The notes under the pieces are model-generated. The model did not search any database, was not told where the DNA came from, and worked only from the letters and a program-made list of their open reading frames with translations. A stretch of 36,459 nt of DNA from Thermodesulfovibrionales bacterium (lineage in GTDB: Bacteria > Nitrospirota > Thermodesulfovibrionia > Thermodesulfovibrionales > UBA1546), in contig JASEHP010000001.1 in NCBI GenBank assembly GCA_030018605.1, forward strand, positions 1-36,459. Direction: 5' to 3'. Position numbers and translations under genes: made by a program. How positions within the stretch are numbered: the first letter of the stretch is position 1; each line of letters starts with the position of its first letter. Shown here in pieces: positions 22,639-32,845 of the stretch.

Positions 22639-25600
22639 TAAAACGGATAGCATATCTTTCCACTGCCGCATTGCTGATAGGGATGCTCATCTTTGTTTCA
22701 CGCGGCCCGCACATATCAAACGCATTAAAGAAGATAATACTGCCTGAACTTGAGAATATGACAGGCCGCAAGGTAATAGCACAGTCAATATATCTTAATT
22801 TATTTCCCTTATTCATTGAGGCAAAGGGCGTGAAGTTGTTTGATGATGCAGGCAACAGGGTTTTGACTGTTGACAGGATAAAGGGCTACCCAAAGCTGTC
22901 CGCAATGCGGAGGAGAAAAATAGCGCTGAAAAGAATAGTGATAAAAGAGTCGGAGTTATGGACCGACAGAGAACAGGCTGATGACATCATCAAGAGGGTA
23001 AAGGAGTATCTGCTCAAAGAAGATCCTAAAAAGATGAAAGTTATAGTGGATGTGATAGAAGTGCGTGATGGAGGATTTGGCTTGTACGATCCTGCGCATG
23101 GCGCTGTTTTAAGAGGAAAAGGATTGAGCGCTGAGGTTCTGTTAGGAGGCACAGCCAGACTCAAAGCGCAGATAAAAGAATTTATTTTCAATATCAGGGA
23201 TTTCCCTGAATTGAAAGGGGGCGCAGATGCTGTATTGTTTTTCAGGAAAGACGGAATTGATATAAAGAACGTCACTCTCAGGGCTTATGATTCAGAACTG
23301 AAGGCGGGCGGTTTTTATTCGGCTGAAGGGAAAGGTGATATAAAGACATCTGTTGAATTTTCCGCTGATTCTATAAAAAAAGTTTTTGGGCTGAAAAGGA
23401 GCGGGGAAGGAAAGATATTTGCAAAGGGCGATATAAAATTTGGAGAAGGCAGCCCTTTTGTGGATATCAGAGTCAGAGGCAATTTTTATCTTCAGTCCCT
23501 GATGGAACTTCTTAAAGTGAAAGAGAGGGTTGAAGGCTGGCTGGATTTTGACGGGAAGATAAGCGGGGCAGTTTCAAAACTTACGGGCAGTGCAGACGCA
23601 ACATTGAAAAAGGGGAATCTTTTTGATGTGGCTGTAGACAGCCTCAAGTGCAATATAGCTTACAACAACGGAGTCATGAGTTTTGAAAACGGCAAGGCAG
23701 CGCTTTACAATGGCAGGGCAGATGCGGAGGTCATGTTAAAAATGCCGGATATTGACCGCTATTCGGTGAAGGTGAATTTCACTGATGTTGACAGTCAGCC
23801 GGCTTTTAAGCTTATCGGTCTGGATATAGAGGTTCCAAAGGGCAAGGTAAAAGGAGAGCTTTTTTCTTCTGACAGCGAATTTAATCCATCAGGATGGTTT
23901 GGTTACGAAGCTAATCCCACCTTTAGTAAAGGGGGGATGGGGGGGGTAAGCAGTGATTTAATAGCGAGGGTAAAGATAATGAAAGGGGAATTTAAGGTGC
24001 AGGGTGATATACTTTCCCTTTCTAATACAGAGATCAGAACTGATAAGTCAGCGCTGGATATAAACGGCACAGTTGCTATGTCTGCTTCAGCGCTCAACCT
24101 CAAAGGAAAACTTATAACTCATGACATCGCAGACCTCACGTTTCCTCATTTTGACCTTCTGAAAGGCACAGGCGAGTTTGAAGGCACAATAACCGGGAAA
24201 TTTGATGACCCTCTCATAGACGGCGCAGTGAGGATGACAGCCGCATCCTTAAAAGGTTACGGTCTTGATAATGTTTCTGGCGAGCTGCTTTACAGGAAAA
24301 ATCTCCTTGAGATAAAGCAATTGTCTGTTAAATCAAAAAATGAGGAACACACAGCTAAGGGGCATATAAAGTTTGATTCCGCAAAAGAAATTTTTGATCT
24401 TAAACAGCGTGATTACAGGCTTTCGGTGTCATTAAGAGGCGCTGATATTGAAAGACTGGCGGCAGCCTTTTATAAAAAACTTCCATTTAAGGGCAAACTG
24501 AACACAGACTTTAAGATAGCAGGCAATGGTTCCAATCCTGAATATTCAGGCTCTGCAGCTGTAGTTAACGCAGAGGCTTATAAATTCTCTGCGGATTCTC
24601 TGACATCGGATTTTTATTATAAGGGTAAAGATATTGCTGTAAGAAAAGCTGTGCTTAAGAAAGGCGGCTCTACAATGATTGTTGAGGGAAGAATTTCAGG
24701 CATGGAGAAGTTTTCTTTCAATGCATCAGGCAGTAAATTATTTTTGAATGATATGGGACTGAAAGGCATGCCTGATGATGCGGTGTTGAATGTAAATGCA
24801 ACAGGCTCCGGAACTTTTGATAATCCCTCCATAAAGATAGACGGGAAATTATCAGGCGGAACATTTAAAGGCAAACCGCTTGGCGCAGGCGACATAAATG
24901 CCTCTATTGAAAGTAAAGATATTCTATTCAGCGCCATGTTTTTCAATGAGAAGGTGATTATGAAAGGAAGGGGATATCTGAGTGATCTACTGCCATGGAA
25001 TGCGGAGATTACAATTCTATCAGGCAGATATGATTTTCTTCTGTCACCTTTGCTGAAGGATGTTCCTGATGACCTGGTAGTCAATATGAAAGGAAATGCG
25101 GTTATGTCAGGAACGAGAAAAACCTTTTCATCTGCTGCAGTTTTAAGTCAGGTTAATGCGGCTCTTTACGGACACAGCTTCTCCAATGATTCGGATATAA
25201 AATTTAAATTTGATAATAGAAAAATGTCTTTTTCAGTATTTTCAATGCGGAGCGGAAATGCCTCTTTCAACATGCGGGGGGGGATGGAAATAGGCAGAGA
25301 GTACAATATATCACTTGAAGGGAGTTCAGCGCTTTCTCCTCTGAAGGGATTTTCAAAAAAGATTGGCGTTCTGAGGGGCGACGCTAATTTCGCCCTGACT
25401 GTAGGGGGTAAATGGGACAACCCTCATATAAACGGCAACCTCAATGTGACCAACGGGCTGTTCGGATTAAAGGATATGCACCAGCGAGTCAGTTCAATAA
25501 ATGGTCTATTCTATTTTGAAGGGAACAAAATTGCTGTACGTAAACTCTCCGGCAAACTTGGAGGCGGAGATATAGATGCGTCGGGCGTTGTCTATCTCAG

Positions 25601-26576
25601 CGGTTTTAATCTTAAGAGGTTTTATCTTGATGCAAAACTGAACAACATCACCAGTTCCGTATCCAAAGATTTCTCTATTAATTTTAACGGCAATGTTCTC
25701 TATAAAGGGACCCTTGATGTGCAGAATATTACCGGCGATGTAAGGGTGAATAGGGCAAGATACAGAGAGAGAGTAGAATGGAAAAGTTGGCTTCTTAAGG
25801 CAAAGACCGCAGAAAGGCCAAGAGGGGAACTGACAGGGATAGAAAAAGCAGTATTAAATGTGAAAATATATGGGGCAGAAAATATCATTGTGGACAACAA
25901 TATTGCGCATGCGCCTTTGAAGGTTGATATGGTTTTGAAAGGCACGATAGGGCATCCGCTCCTTTTCGGAAGGATTGAGTCCAAAGAGGGCAAGGTCTAT
26001 TTCAGGAACAGTGAATTCAGGATATTGAACGCAAGCGCGGATTTTACCGACCCAAACAGGATAAATCCTGTAATGGAGATTGTGGCGCAGACAATAGTGA
26101 AAGGATACAATATCAGGCTGAATCTTGAAGGGCAGATGGAACGTTTTAATCTCTCTCTCGTTTCTGATCCGCCCCTTGAGGAGACCGACATACTCAGCCT
26201 GCTTACTGTGGGGCAGATTGGAAAACAACTTAAGGGACTTGAAGGCGGAATCGGGGCAGGCGAGGCTGCTTCATTTCTGACAGGCAAGGTTCAGGATGTT
26301 TTTGAAGAAAGGATAAAGAGCATAACCGGGATTGACAGAGTCCAGGTTGACCCTTATGTCTCAAAATCTACAGGCACCGTAGGCCCAAGGCTGACTGCGT
26401 CAAAGAGACTTTTGGGTGATAAATTATTTGTAACTTACACGTCTGCAGTGGGTTCTACCGAGGAACAGGTGCTTAAGCTTGAATATATTCTTGATAAGAA
26501 TGTTTCTCTGGTTGGCGTGAGGGATGAAAAAGGTAGTGTTGGTGGAGACATTAAGTTCAGATTTGAATTTAAATGA
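22635..26576 (+). CDS. tamB: TamB-like translocation and assembly module protein (AsmA-like; DUF490-type C-terminus)
   Basis: N-terminal anchor, a very long beta-rich body, and a C-terminal ...LGDKLFVTYTSAVGSTEEQVLKLEYILDKNVSLVGVRDEKG.... The ATG at 22635 forms an ATGA overlap with the glnD stop. The ATG at 22620 is the tracked alternative. Confidence 0.85.
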   Translation: MIKRIAYLSTAALLIGMLIFVSRGPHISNALKKIILPELENMTGRKVIAQSIYLNLFPLFIEAKGVKLFDDAGNRVLTVDRIKGYPKLSAMRRRKIALKRIVIKESELWTDREQADDIIKRVKEYLLKEDPKKMKVIVDVIEVRDGGFGLYDPAHGAVLRGKGLSAEVLLGGTARLKAQIKEFIFNIRDFPELKGGADAVLFFRKDGIDIKNVTLRAYDSELKAGGFYSAEGKGDIKTSVEFSADSIKKVFGLKRSGEGKIFAKGDIKFGEGSPFVDIRVRGNFYLQSLMELLKVKERVEGWLDFDGKISGAVSKLTGSADATLKKGNLFDVAVDSLKCNIAYNNGVMSFENGKAALYNGRADAEVMLKMPDIDRYSVKVNFTDVDSQPAFKLIGLDIEVPKGKVKGELFSSDSEFNPSGWFGYEANPTFSKGGMGGVSSDLIARVKIMKGEFKVQGDILSLSNTEIRTDKSALDINGTVAMSASALNLKGKLITHDIADLTFPHFDLLKGTGEFEGTITGKFDDPLIDGAVRMTAASLKGYGLDNVSGELLYRKNLLEIKQLSVKSKNEEHTAKGHIKFDSAKEIFDLKQRDYRLSVSLRGADIERLAAAFYKKLPFKGKLNTDFKIAGNGSNPEYSGSAAVVNAEAYKFSADSLTSDFYYKGKDIAVRKAVLKKGGSTMIVEGRISGMEKFSFNASGSKLFLNDMGLKGMPDDAVLNVNATGSGTFDNPSIKIDGKLSGGTFKGKPLGAGDINASIESKDILFSAMFFNEKVIMKGRGYLSDLLPWNAEITILSGRYDFLLSPLLKDVPDDLVVNMKGNAVMSGTRKTFSSAAVLSQVNAALYGHSFSNDSDIKFKFDNRKMSFSVFSMRSGNASFNMRGGMEIGREYNISLEGSSALSPLKGFSKKIGVLRGDANFALTVGGKWDNPHINGNLNVTNGLFGLKDMHQRVSSINGLFYFEGNKIAVRKLSGKLGGGDIDASGVVYLSGFNLKRFYLDAKLNNITSSVSKDFSINFNGNVLYKGTLDVQNITGDVRVNRARYRERVEWKSWLLKAKTAERPRGELTGIEKAVLNVKIYGAENIIVDNNIAHAPLKVDMVLKGTIGHPLLFGRIESKEGKVYFRNSEFRILNASADFTDPNRINPVMEIVAQTIVKGYNIRLNLEGQMERFNLSLVSDPPLEETDILSLLTVGQIGKQLKGLEGGIGAGEAASFLTGKVQDVFEERIKSITGIDRVQVDPYVSKSTGTVGPRLTASKRLLGDKLFVTYTSAVGSTEEQVLKLEYILDKNVSLVGVRDEKGSVGGDIKFRFEFK

Positions 26577-26597
26577 GAACAAAGAAACAGAGCAACA

Positions 26598-29327
26598 ATG
26601 AATAGTGCAATAGAGCAACAGAGCAGCAGGCCGGCAGTAAATAAAAAATGCTGCTCTACTGCACTACCGCTCTTCTGCGCTACTACACTGCTAATCTGTT
26701 TATTATTGTCCTCTTCCATTGAAGCGTCGGATACAGTAATACAAAAGATAAATATCGAAGGTCTCTATTCCATAAAGAGCGAAGAACTTCTGGGCATTTT
26801 AAGCATAAAGATTGGTGATGTCTTTAACCCTTCAGCTGTCCGCGCCGGGTTAAAACTGGCGTTTCTTAAAGAAGGGATATTTGAGGACATATCCGTGGAA
26901 GTTAATGACAAGGACAGGTCGCATATAATGGTAAAAGTCAGGGAGAGAGACATAATAAGGAAGATTATTATTGCCGGGAATCAACGTCTGTCAAAAAAGG
27001 TAATAAAAAATCATTTTTCATTAAAAGAAGGGCAGATTATGCGATATGACCGTATGGAAGGTGCTGCAAAGGATCTCAAGAATGAATTGTCTGAGAGGGG
27101 ATTCTCCCACGCAGATATAAAACTCGCTGTAAAGAAGACCGGCACGCCCTACAGGGTTAATATTTTACTTACGATAGAGGAGGGGATGCCCGAGATAATA
27201 AAAACCATTAAAATCATCGGGCATGCGGAAGCGAAAGAATTAATTAAGATAGAGGAAGGCGATATATATGACCAGGTTAAGTTAAGAAAAGAGATGGAGA
27301 GAATCAGGCTGCATTACAAAAAGAATAATTTTCTGAAGCCGGTTGTTGGCCCCTATACTTTCAGCAGCGGCAATCTCAGCATTAACGTATATCCAGGTAA
27401 AAAACTCGATGTTATATTTGAAAACAACTCTGCTGTGAATTCTAAGGATCTCATTAAAGAAGTGCCGTTTTTTGATGCTGAGGACTTCAGAGATGACCTT
27501 GTAGAAGAGGCGGTCTCAAGGATTATTTCTTCGTATCATGACAAGGGCTTCCCTTTTGTTCAGGTTGCGCCTGTTATAACTTCGGATAAAGAAACAGTCA
27601 GTGTGCGGTTCTTTATTTTTGAAGGGAGCAGGGTTTTTGTTAGTTCTATAACTTTTGATGGCATAACAATATCAGAGAAAAATCTGAAAGAGGCAATGTC
27701 ATTGAGAGAAAAGAAGCTGTACAATCCGGATCTCGTTGAACAAGACAGAGAAACATTAACAGAGTTTTACAATGCGCTTGGTTATCTAAGCGCCGGTGTG
27801 GATGACGTAAGGGTTTCAATAAAAAATTCCGGGGCAGACATCAATATAAAGATTACGGAAGGCACAAAAACCATAATAGAAGGCATCGAGATAAAAGGGG
27901 CAAAAGTTGTCCCGAAAGCAGAGATAATAAAGGCTGTGAGGATAAAGGCAGGGAATTCCTATAATGCAGTTGACATATCAGATGCGAGATACAGGATTAT
28001 AAATCTTTATGAAAACAGGGGTTTTATTGACGCAAGGGTTGATATAAAACAGGAAAGCGGAGAAAAAGGGACAAAAATTATTTTTGAGATAGGAGAGGGT
28101 AATATTACGCTTTTTGGAAAGACTGTAATAAGCGGCAATACAGAAACAAAAAATGAGGTAATAAATAGAGAATTTCTCCATGAAAACGGCGCTCCCTTCA
28201 ATCCTTCTCTCCTTGCAAAAACACGGCAGAGACTTTACAATCTGGGTTTATTTACAGACGTGGATGTGGATGCGATAGAAAAAGAAGGGGATAGGAAGGA
28301 CGTTCATGTCAGAGTTAAAGAAGGAAACGCTGGTGCTGTTGAGTTTGGCGTCGGATACGGGGATTACGAGCGGTTCAGAGGGTCATTTGATGTTAGCTAC
28401 AGGAATCTTTTTGGAATGAACAGGCAGATATCGTTCAGGACAGAGATAAGTTCTATTGAACAGCGATATATAATTAATTATACCGAGCCGTGGTTTTTAG
28501 GCAGGCGTCTTCCATTTAAAGCGCTGCTCATAAAAGAAGAAAGGACAGAAAAAACCATCGAGACCCGTGAGACGCGGTATAAACTTAGGAGGCACACTGC
28601 AAACGTAGGCTTTGAGAAGAAATTCAGCGAAAGGGTGAAGGGTGAGATTTTTTATGATTTTTCATTAGTCAAAACTTTTGAGGTAAAGCCTGATGTTATC
28701 CTTACGAAAGAAGATACTGGAACACTTGCAATTGCAGGGATAAGGCCGGGTATAGTTTACGATACGAGGGACAATCCTTTTGACCCCAGAAAAGGCGTGC
28801 TTGCAGGGATATCCGTGAAAACCGCATCGGGATACCTTCTGTCAGAAACTGATTTTGTAAAGGCAGTTCTCAACGGAAGCGCTTATAAAGAGTTAAATAA
28901 AAATTTTGTTGTTGCGGTTTCTTTAAAAACCGGGATGGCTCAGGGTTTTGAAACCACAACGGAACTTCCGCTTGTAGAAAGGTTTTTTCTCGGCGGCAGA
29001 ACTACTGTCCGCGGATATGAACAGGATACGCTTGGGCCTAAAGGCGTTAACGGCTCTCCGACAGGCGGTAATGTGTTTATCCTGTCGAATCTCGAGCTAC
29101 GAACCGATGTTGCCAAAGGTTTTGGCCTTGTAACTTTTCTTGACGGAGGGAATGTGTGGAGAAAGAACAGCGATGTAAAGCTCTCAGATATGAAATATAC
29201 TGCCGGTGCAGGCATAAGATACAACACGCCTGTAGGCCCTCTGAGGATTGACTATGGCCATAAACTTGACAGAGAAAAAGGTGAAAGCAAAGGAGAAGTG
29301 CATTTCAGCATTGGTCATGCGTTCTAA
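26598..29327 (+). CDS. bamA: BamA/Omp85-family outer membrane protein assembly factor with multiple POTRA domains
   Basis: Signal/anchor, repeated POTRA-like units (I..I.I.G...), and a C-terminal beta-barrel with FFLGG..TVRGY and a terminal aromatic residue (HAF). Confidence 0.9.
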   Translation: MNSAIEQQSSRPAVNKKCCSTALPLFCATTLLICLLLSSSIEASDTVIQKINIEGLYSIKSEELLGILSIKIGDVFNPSAVRAGLKLAFLKEGIFEDISVEVNDKDRSHIMVKVRERDIIRKIIIAGNQRLSKKVIKNHFSLKEGQIMRYDRMEGAAKDLKNELSERGFSHADIKLAVKKTGTPYRVNILLTIEEGMPEIIKTIKIIGHAEAKELIKIEEGDIYDQVKLRKEMERIRLHYKKNNFLKPVVGPYTFSSGNLSINVYPGKKLDVIFENNSAVNSKDLIKEVPFFDAEDFRDDLVEEAVSRIISSYHDKGFPFVQVAPVITSDKETVSVRFFIFEGSRVFVSSITFDGITISEKNLKEAMSLREKKLYNPDLVEQDRETLTEFYNALGYLSAGVDDVRVSIKNSGADINIKITEGTKTIIEGIEIKGAKVVPKAEIIKAVRIKAGNSYNAVDISDARYRIINLYENRGFIDARVDIKQESGEKGTKIIFEIGEGNITLFGKTVISGNTETKNEVINREFLHENGAPFNPSLLAKTRQRLYNLGLFTDVDVDAIEKEGDRKDVHVRVKEGNAGAVEFGVGYGDYERFRGSFDVSYRNLFGMNRQISFRTEISSIEQRYIINYTEPWFLGRRLPFKALLIKEERTEKTIETRETRYKLRRHTANVGFEKKFSERVKGEIFYDFSLVKTFEVKPDVILTKEDTGTLAIAGIRPGIVYDTRDNPFDPRKGVLAGISVKTASGYLLSETDFVKAVLNGSAYKELNKNFVVAVSLKTGMAQGFETTTELPLVERFFLGGRTTVRGYEQDTLGPKGVNGSPTGGNVFILSNLELRTDVAKGFGLVTFLDGGNVWRKNSDVKLSDMKYTAGAGIRYNTPVGPLRIDYGHKLDREKGESKGEVHFSIGHAF

Positions 29328-29345
29328 TTTGAGCGGCAATATATT

Positions 29346-29987
29346 TTATTCAGTCATCACTTTGTTTGAAAGCTCGTCTGCATCGCCTGGGATCACAGGG
29401 AAGTGCTTTGCAAGGAGCGCTCCAGCCTCTTTTACGGCATCACACAATGAATCGCAGGCACGGCTTTCTTTTATTCCCTGAGATACGGTTGTCGCAAATT
29501 TATTTAGAGTCTCCTGTTCGATCTTTTCATAAATTCCTTTATCAGCAAGAACCCAGACCTTTTTTTCAAGGATGGAAATGAAGAACAGAACCCCTGTATT
29601 TTTTCTGGTCTTATAAAGTCCCTTTTCATAAAATGCCCTGACAGCCCTCTGCCTTACAGTTTCCTCCTTTCTTTTGAAGCCAATGAATGAAATTTTAAGA
29701 ACTGGAAATCTCCTGAATAAAAATCTGGAAGGGAAAAACAAGATAAGACTCACTGGAATGAAAGACCAGACAGATGAGTTGAAGTATAAGGCAGTTATAA
29801 TAAGCGAGATGAGACTTCCGAGGAATATCCCCCCCAATATTTCCGCCTCGATGTATTGGTCGCTGCTGTCAACAACCATTACAGCAATCTCTCCAATGGT
29901 GCGGGATTCAACCTCACAGGTTGTCTCTGTTATTCTTTTTCGCTCTTCTTTTGTAAAAAATCTTTTTGCCTTTGACATATTTTCCAT
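29346..29987 (-). CDS. TPM-domain protein (TLP18.3/Psb32/MOLO-1 family) with two TM helices
   Basis: FTKEERKRITETTCEVESRTIGEIAVMVV... and ...NTGVLFFISILEKKVWVLADKGIYEKI. Confidence 0.8.
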   Translation of the reverse strand: MENMSKAKRFFTKEERKRITETTCEVESRTIGEIAVMVVDSSDQYIEAEILGGIFLGSLISLIITALYFNSSVWSFIPVSLILFFPSRFLFRRFPVLKISFIGFKRKEETVRQRAVRAFYEKGLYKTRKNTGVLFFISILEKKVWVLADKGIYEKIEQETLNKFATTVSQGIKESRACDSLCDAVKEAGALLAKHFPVIPGDADELSNKVMTE

Positions 29988-31063
29988 TACCAGTCTCCTG
30001 ATGCTCCACCGCCCCCGAAGTCTCCGCCTCCTCCGCTAAAACCACCAGAGTCTTCTCCCCTGCTAAAACCACTGCCGGTTCCATAGTATCCTCCGCCTGA
30101 CCAGAAACCTCCGATGCTGTGATGGCTGCCTGAAGAGAAAAGTTTTGGCAGGAAAAGTCCTGCAAGCAATCCGGCGGCAGAGAGGATGATAAATGCAATA
30201 GGCCCGATTGGGGTAAGCGCCAGATGGACAAGAGCAGGAAGGCCTATTGCTCCTGATACGCCGCCAAAGATTCGCGATATGCTTCCTATGAACAGTAAAG
30301 CTATTACGCCAAAGATAAGAATTGTTAAGAAGCTATGTGTGCCGTTTTTCTTTTTAGGCAGGTGGTTTTTATCAGACTTGAACTCTCCCCTTGTTGCGTC
30401 AATAAGAGAATGCACTCCCGCGACAAAACCTTGGTCAAAATCGCCTCTTTTGAATTTAGGTTTTATAACAAGGTCAACGATTCTTCCCGCAGCAAGGTCA
30501 GTCAACCTTCCTTCGAGCCCGCGGCCAATCTCAATCCGTATCTTTTTTTCCTGTTTAGCCACGGTGATGATTATGCCGTTGTCTTTCCCTTTCTGTCCTA
30601 TCTTCCATGCCTCAGCAGCTTTAATGCTGAATTCCTCTAAGACTTCTCCCTCAAGAGACGGGATTGTAAGGATGACAATCTGCGTTGAATCTGTCTGTTC
30701 AAAAGACTTCAGCTCTTTTTCCAGTTCAGCCTTAGTTGGCTGGGATAGCATATTTGCGTAATCGTTGACATGTCCCTGAAGTTTCGGGACATCAAGGGCA
30801 AAAACGGAGCGTGAAGAGAAGGAAATAAAAAGAAGACTTATAGCCAGAATGAAATAACAGGCAGTGATGCTTTGAGCGATATTCGATATTTTTCGGTAAC
30901 AGTTCTTAGCGAAATGGAGCGGCCACAGCCTCGATTGTCTGAGTTCCGAAAGCCTTCGGAACGAGTTTCGAGGATGTAGCGGAATGAGCTTAGAACTGTC
31001 GATAAAATATCGCCGGTAGCGAAAGGCTTTACTGCCTGTTATGACCAATACCTTTTCTCTCAA
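29987..31063 (-). CDS. YgcG-like TPM-domain protein with a Gly-rich C-terminus; the N-terminal region is interrupted in frame by a MITE
   Basis: HVNDYANMLS...TDSTQIVILTIPSLEGE...KGKDNGIIITVAKQEKKIRIEIGRGLEG, a TM, then a GGG-rich tail. The ATG abuts the lemA stop. Confidence 0.8.
   Translation of the reverse strand: MREKVLVITGSKAFRYRRYFIDSSKLIPLHPRNSFRRLSELRQSRLWPLHFAKNCYRKISNIAQSITACYFILAISLLFISFSSRSVFALDVPKLQGHVNDYANMLSQPTKAELEKELKSFEQTDSTQIVILTIPSLEGEVLEEFSIKAAEAWKIGQKGKDNGIIITVAKQEKKIRIEIGRGLEGRLTDLAAGRIVDLVIKPKFKRGDFDQGFVAGVHSLIDATRGEFKSDKNHLPKKKNGTHSFLTILIFGVIALLFIGSISRIFGGVSGAIGLPALVHLALTPIGPIAFIILSAAGLLAGLFLPKLFSSGSHHSIGGFWSGGGYYGTGSGFSRGEDSGGFSGGGGDFGGGGASGDW
30854..31042. mobile_element. 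MITE-like hairpin element, copy 2 (189 bp), inside codons 8-70 of the TPM gene
   Basis: 12-bp perfect terminal inverted repeats: ATAACAGGCAGT (30854-30865) and ACTGCCTGTTAT (31031-31042). By eye it is about 70% identical to 14028-14207. The internal stems are kept through different sequences. Confidence 0.75.
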
Positions 31064-31648
31064 TTAAAACTTCACCTGCGGCGCTTTTTCAGCTCCTGCC
31101 TCTGCCTTGAAAGGCTCTCTGGACTTTAATTGCAGCAGGACTTTGTTGGTAATGTTATTCGGGAATATCCTGATTGACGTATTGAATGTCTCTACAGCTT
31201 TGTTGTAACGAGTGCGTGCGACATTTATCCTGTTTTCCGTTCCTTCAATCTGGTGCTGAAGGTCTTTGAAATTCTGGTTTGCCTTGAGGTCAGGATATTT
31301 TTCAACTACGACCATAAGCCTTGAAAGCGCACTGCTTAAAGCTCCCTGTGCCTCCTGAAACTGAGTAAATGCCTGAGGGTTATCAAGCATGCTTTCCGAC
31401 ATCTGTATTGAGCCGACCTTTGCCCTTGCTTCAGTAACTGCGGTAAGTGTTTCTCTTTCATGCTTGGCGTATGCCTTTACGACTTCAACGAGATTTGGGA
31501 TTAAATCATTTCTCCTCTGGTATGACCCTTCAACATCACCCCACGCTGCCTTTACAGCCTCTTCATTTGCCTGCATTGTGTTATAACCGCAGCCTGAAAG
31601 GGCGAAAACAGTTACCAAGATTAAAAGATAAAGCAGATTTTTTCTCAT
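31064..31648 (-). CDS. lemA: LemA-family protein
   Basis: Lipoprotein/anchor N-terminus (SGCGYN) with [25 protein letters not shown]...ERETL..V.EAR and ...[13 protein letters not shown]. Confidence 0.9.
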   Translation of the reverse strand: MRKNLLYLLILVTVFALSGCGYNTMQANEEAVKAAWGDVEGSYQRRNDLIPNLVEVVKAYAKHERETLTAVTEARAKVGSIQMSESMLDNPQAFTQFQEAQGALSSALSRLMVVVEKYPDLKANQNFKDLQHQIEGTENRINVARTRYNKAVETFNTSIRIFPNNITNKVLLQLKSREPFKAEAGAEKAPQVKF

Positions 31649-31820
31649 TAGTTTCCTCCTGAATTTTATTTGCAGTTAACGGCTATTTATCTTGACATAA
31701 ATCCCGGACACCCTTCGAATCCCCTGCATCCGGCTTTTCCCAGCCTGCAAGATGCGTTTGTGCATATGTTCTGCGTATTTGTCTTGTTATTTTTCGGCGA
31801 ATGTCCGCTGCTTCTCTTTT

Positions 31821-32171
31821 CTATCTTCTTTTTGATTTTTTTGATGCCTTCTTTGATGTTTTGCTCCCTGTTTTTTCAAGCCTTGCAATCTTTGCTTCAA
31901 GCTTTTTTATTGAAGCAATAGTCGACTTTACTTTTGAATCCGCCGACGGGTTTTTTAAGCCTTTTGAAGCAAGGTCGTAAACCTTTCCGCCGAGGTCTGT
32001 GAAATTAGACTGAACCTTCATCTTCAGTTCAAAAACTTTGTATCTCATTTTTCCTTCCTCTGCCAGTTCCTCTGCCTTTTCAACGGCAACCGTAGCTCCC
32101 TTTCTTACGGCAGCAATGCTTTCATCAACGCCTTTCTGGATGTCCTTTTTAACCCTGTCCCATAGTCCCAT
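31821..32171 (-). CDS. Hypothetical coiled-coil protein with a Lys/Ser-rich tail
   Basis: 116 aa, helical and charged, no TM. Loosely phasin-like; family not recognised. Confidence 0.55.
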   Translation of the reverse strand: MGLWDRVKKDIQKGVDESIAAVRKGATVAVEKAEELAEEGKMRYKVFELKMKVQSNFTDLGGKVYDLASKGLKNPSADSKVKSTIASIKKLEAKIARLEKTGSKTSKKASKKSKRR

Positions 32172-32286
32172 AAAATTCCTCCTTCATAAAATCTAAATTG
32201 TTTCTTTACCATATCACAAAACCGCTCTATTGAAAAGAGAAAAAAGATATGTTAATCTTCTTCAAAACCGGCACATCCTGTAGATT

Positions 32287-32835
32287 ATGCTAAAAAACGA
32301 CAGATGGATAATAGAAATGGCTGAGAAGGGGATGATAACGCCTTTTGACAGGAATCAGGTGAGAAAAGGGGTTATCTCTTACGGCGTGAGTTCTTATGGC
32401 TATGACTTAAGATTATTCGATGAGTTTAAGGTTTTTGACGCTAAGGAAAATGCCGTGATTGACCCTAAGAATTTTGACAAGACGCATTTTGTTGATTTCA
32501 AAGGCGATGTCTGCACAATGCCACCGAATTCGTATGTCCTCGGACGCTCTCTGGAATATTTCAAGATTCCAAGAGATGTGCTTGTTATATGCCTTGGAAA
32601 ATCAACATATGCGCGCTCAGGAATTATTGTGAATGTAACACCGCTGGAGCCGGAGTGGGAAGGCTACATAACCATTTCCATTTCAAACACAGCGCCTGTC
32701 CCTGCAAAGCTTTATTCAAATGAGGGGCTGGCCCAGCTTATATTCCTTGGAGCATCAGAGATGTGCGAGACTTCTTATGCTGATAAAGCAGGGAAGTATC
32801 AGGCACAGAAGAATATAACGCTTTCAAAGACATGA
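32287..32835 (+). CDS. dcd: dCTP deaminase
   Basis: MLKNDRWI...ITPF...SYGYDLR...[24 protein letters not shown]. Confidence 0.9.
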   Translation: MLKNDRWIIEMAEKGMITPFDRNQVRKGVISYGVSSYGYDLRLFDEFKVFDAKENAVIDPKNFDKTHFVDFKGDVCTMPPNSYVLGRSLEYFKIPRDVLVICLGKSTYARSGIIVNVTPLEPEWEGYITISISNTAPVPAKLYSNEGLAQLIFLGASEMCETSYADKAGKYQAQKNITLSKT

Positions 32836-32845
32836 GGATGAGATA

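Noticed and set aside
30854-31063. The 70-aa N-terminal extension of the TPM protein as a genuine cytoplasmic domain
   Set aside because: 63 of the 70 residues are encoded by a repeat element that has terminal inverted repeats and a second genomic copy. Removing it restores a canonical signal peptide.
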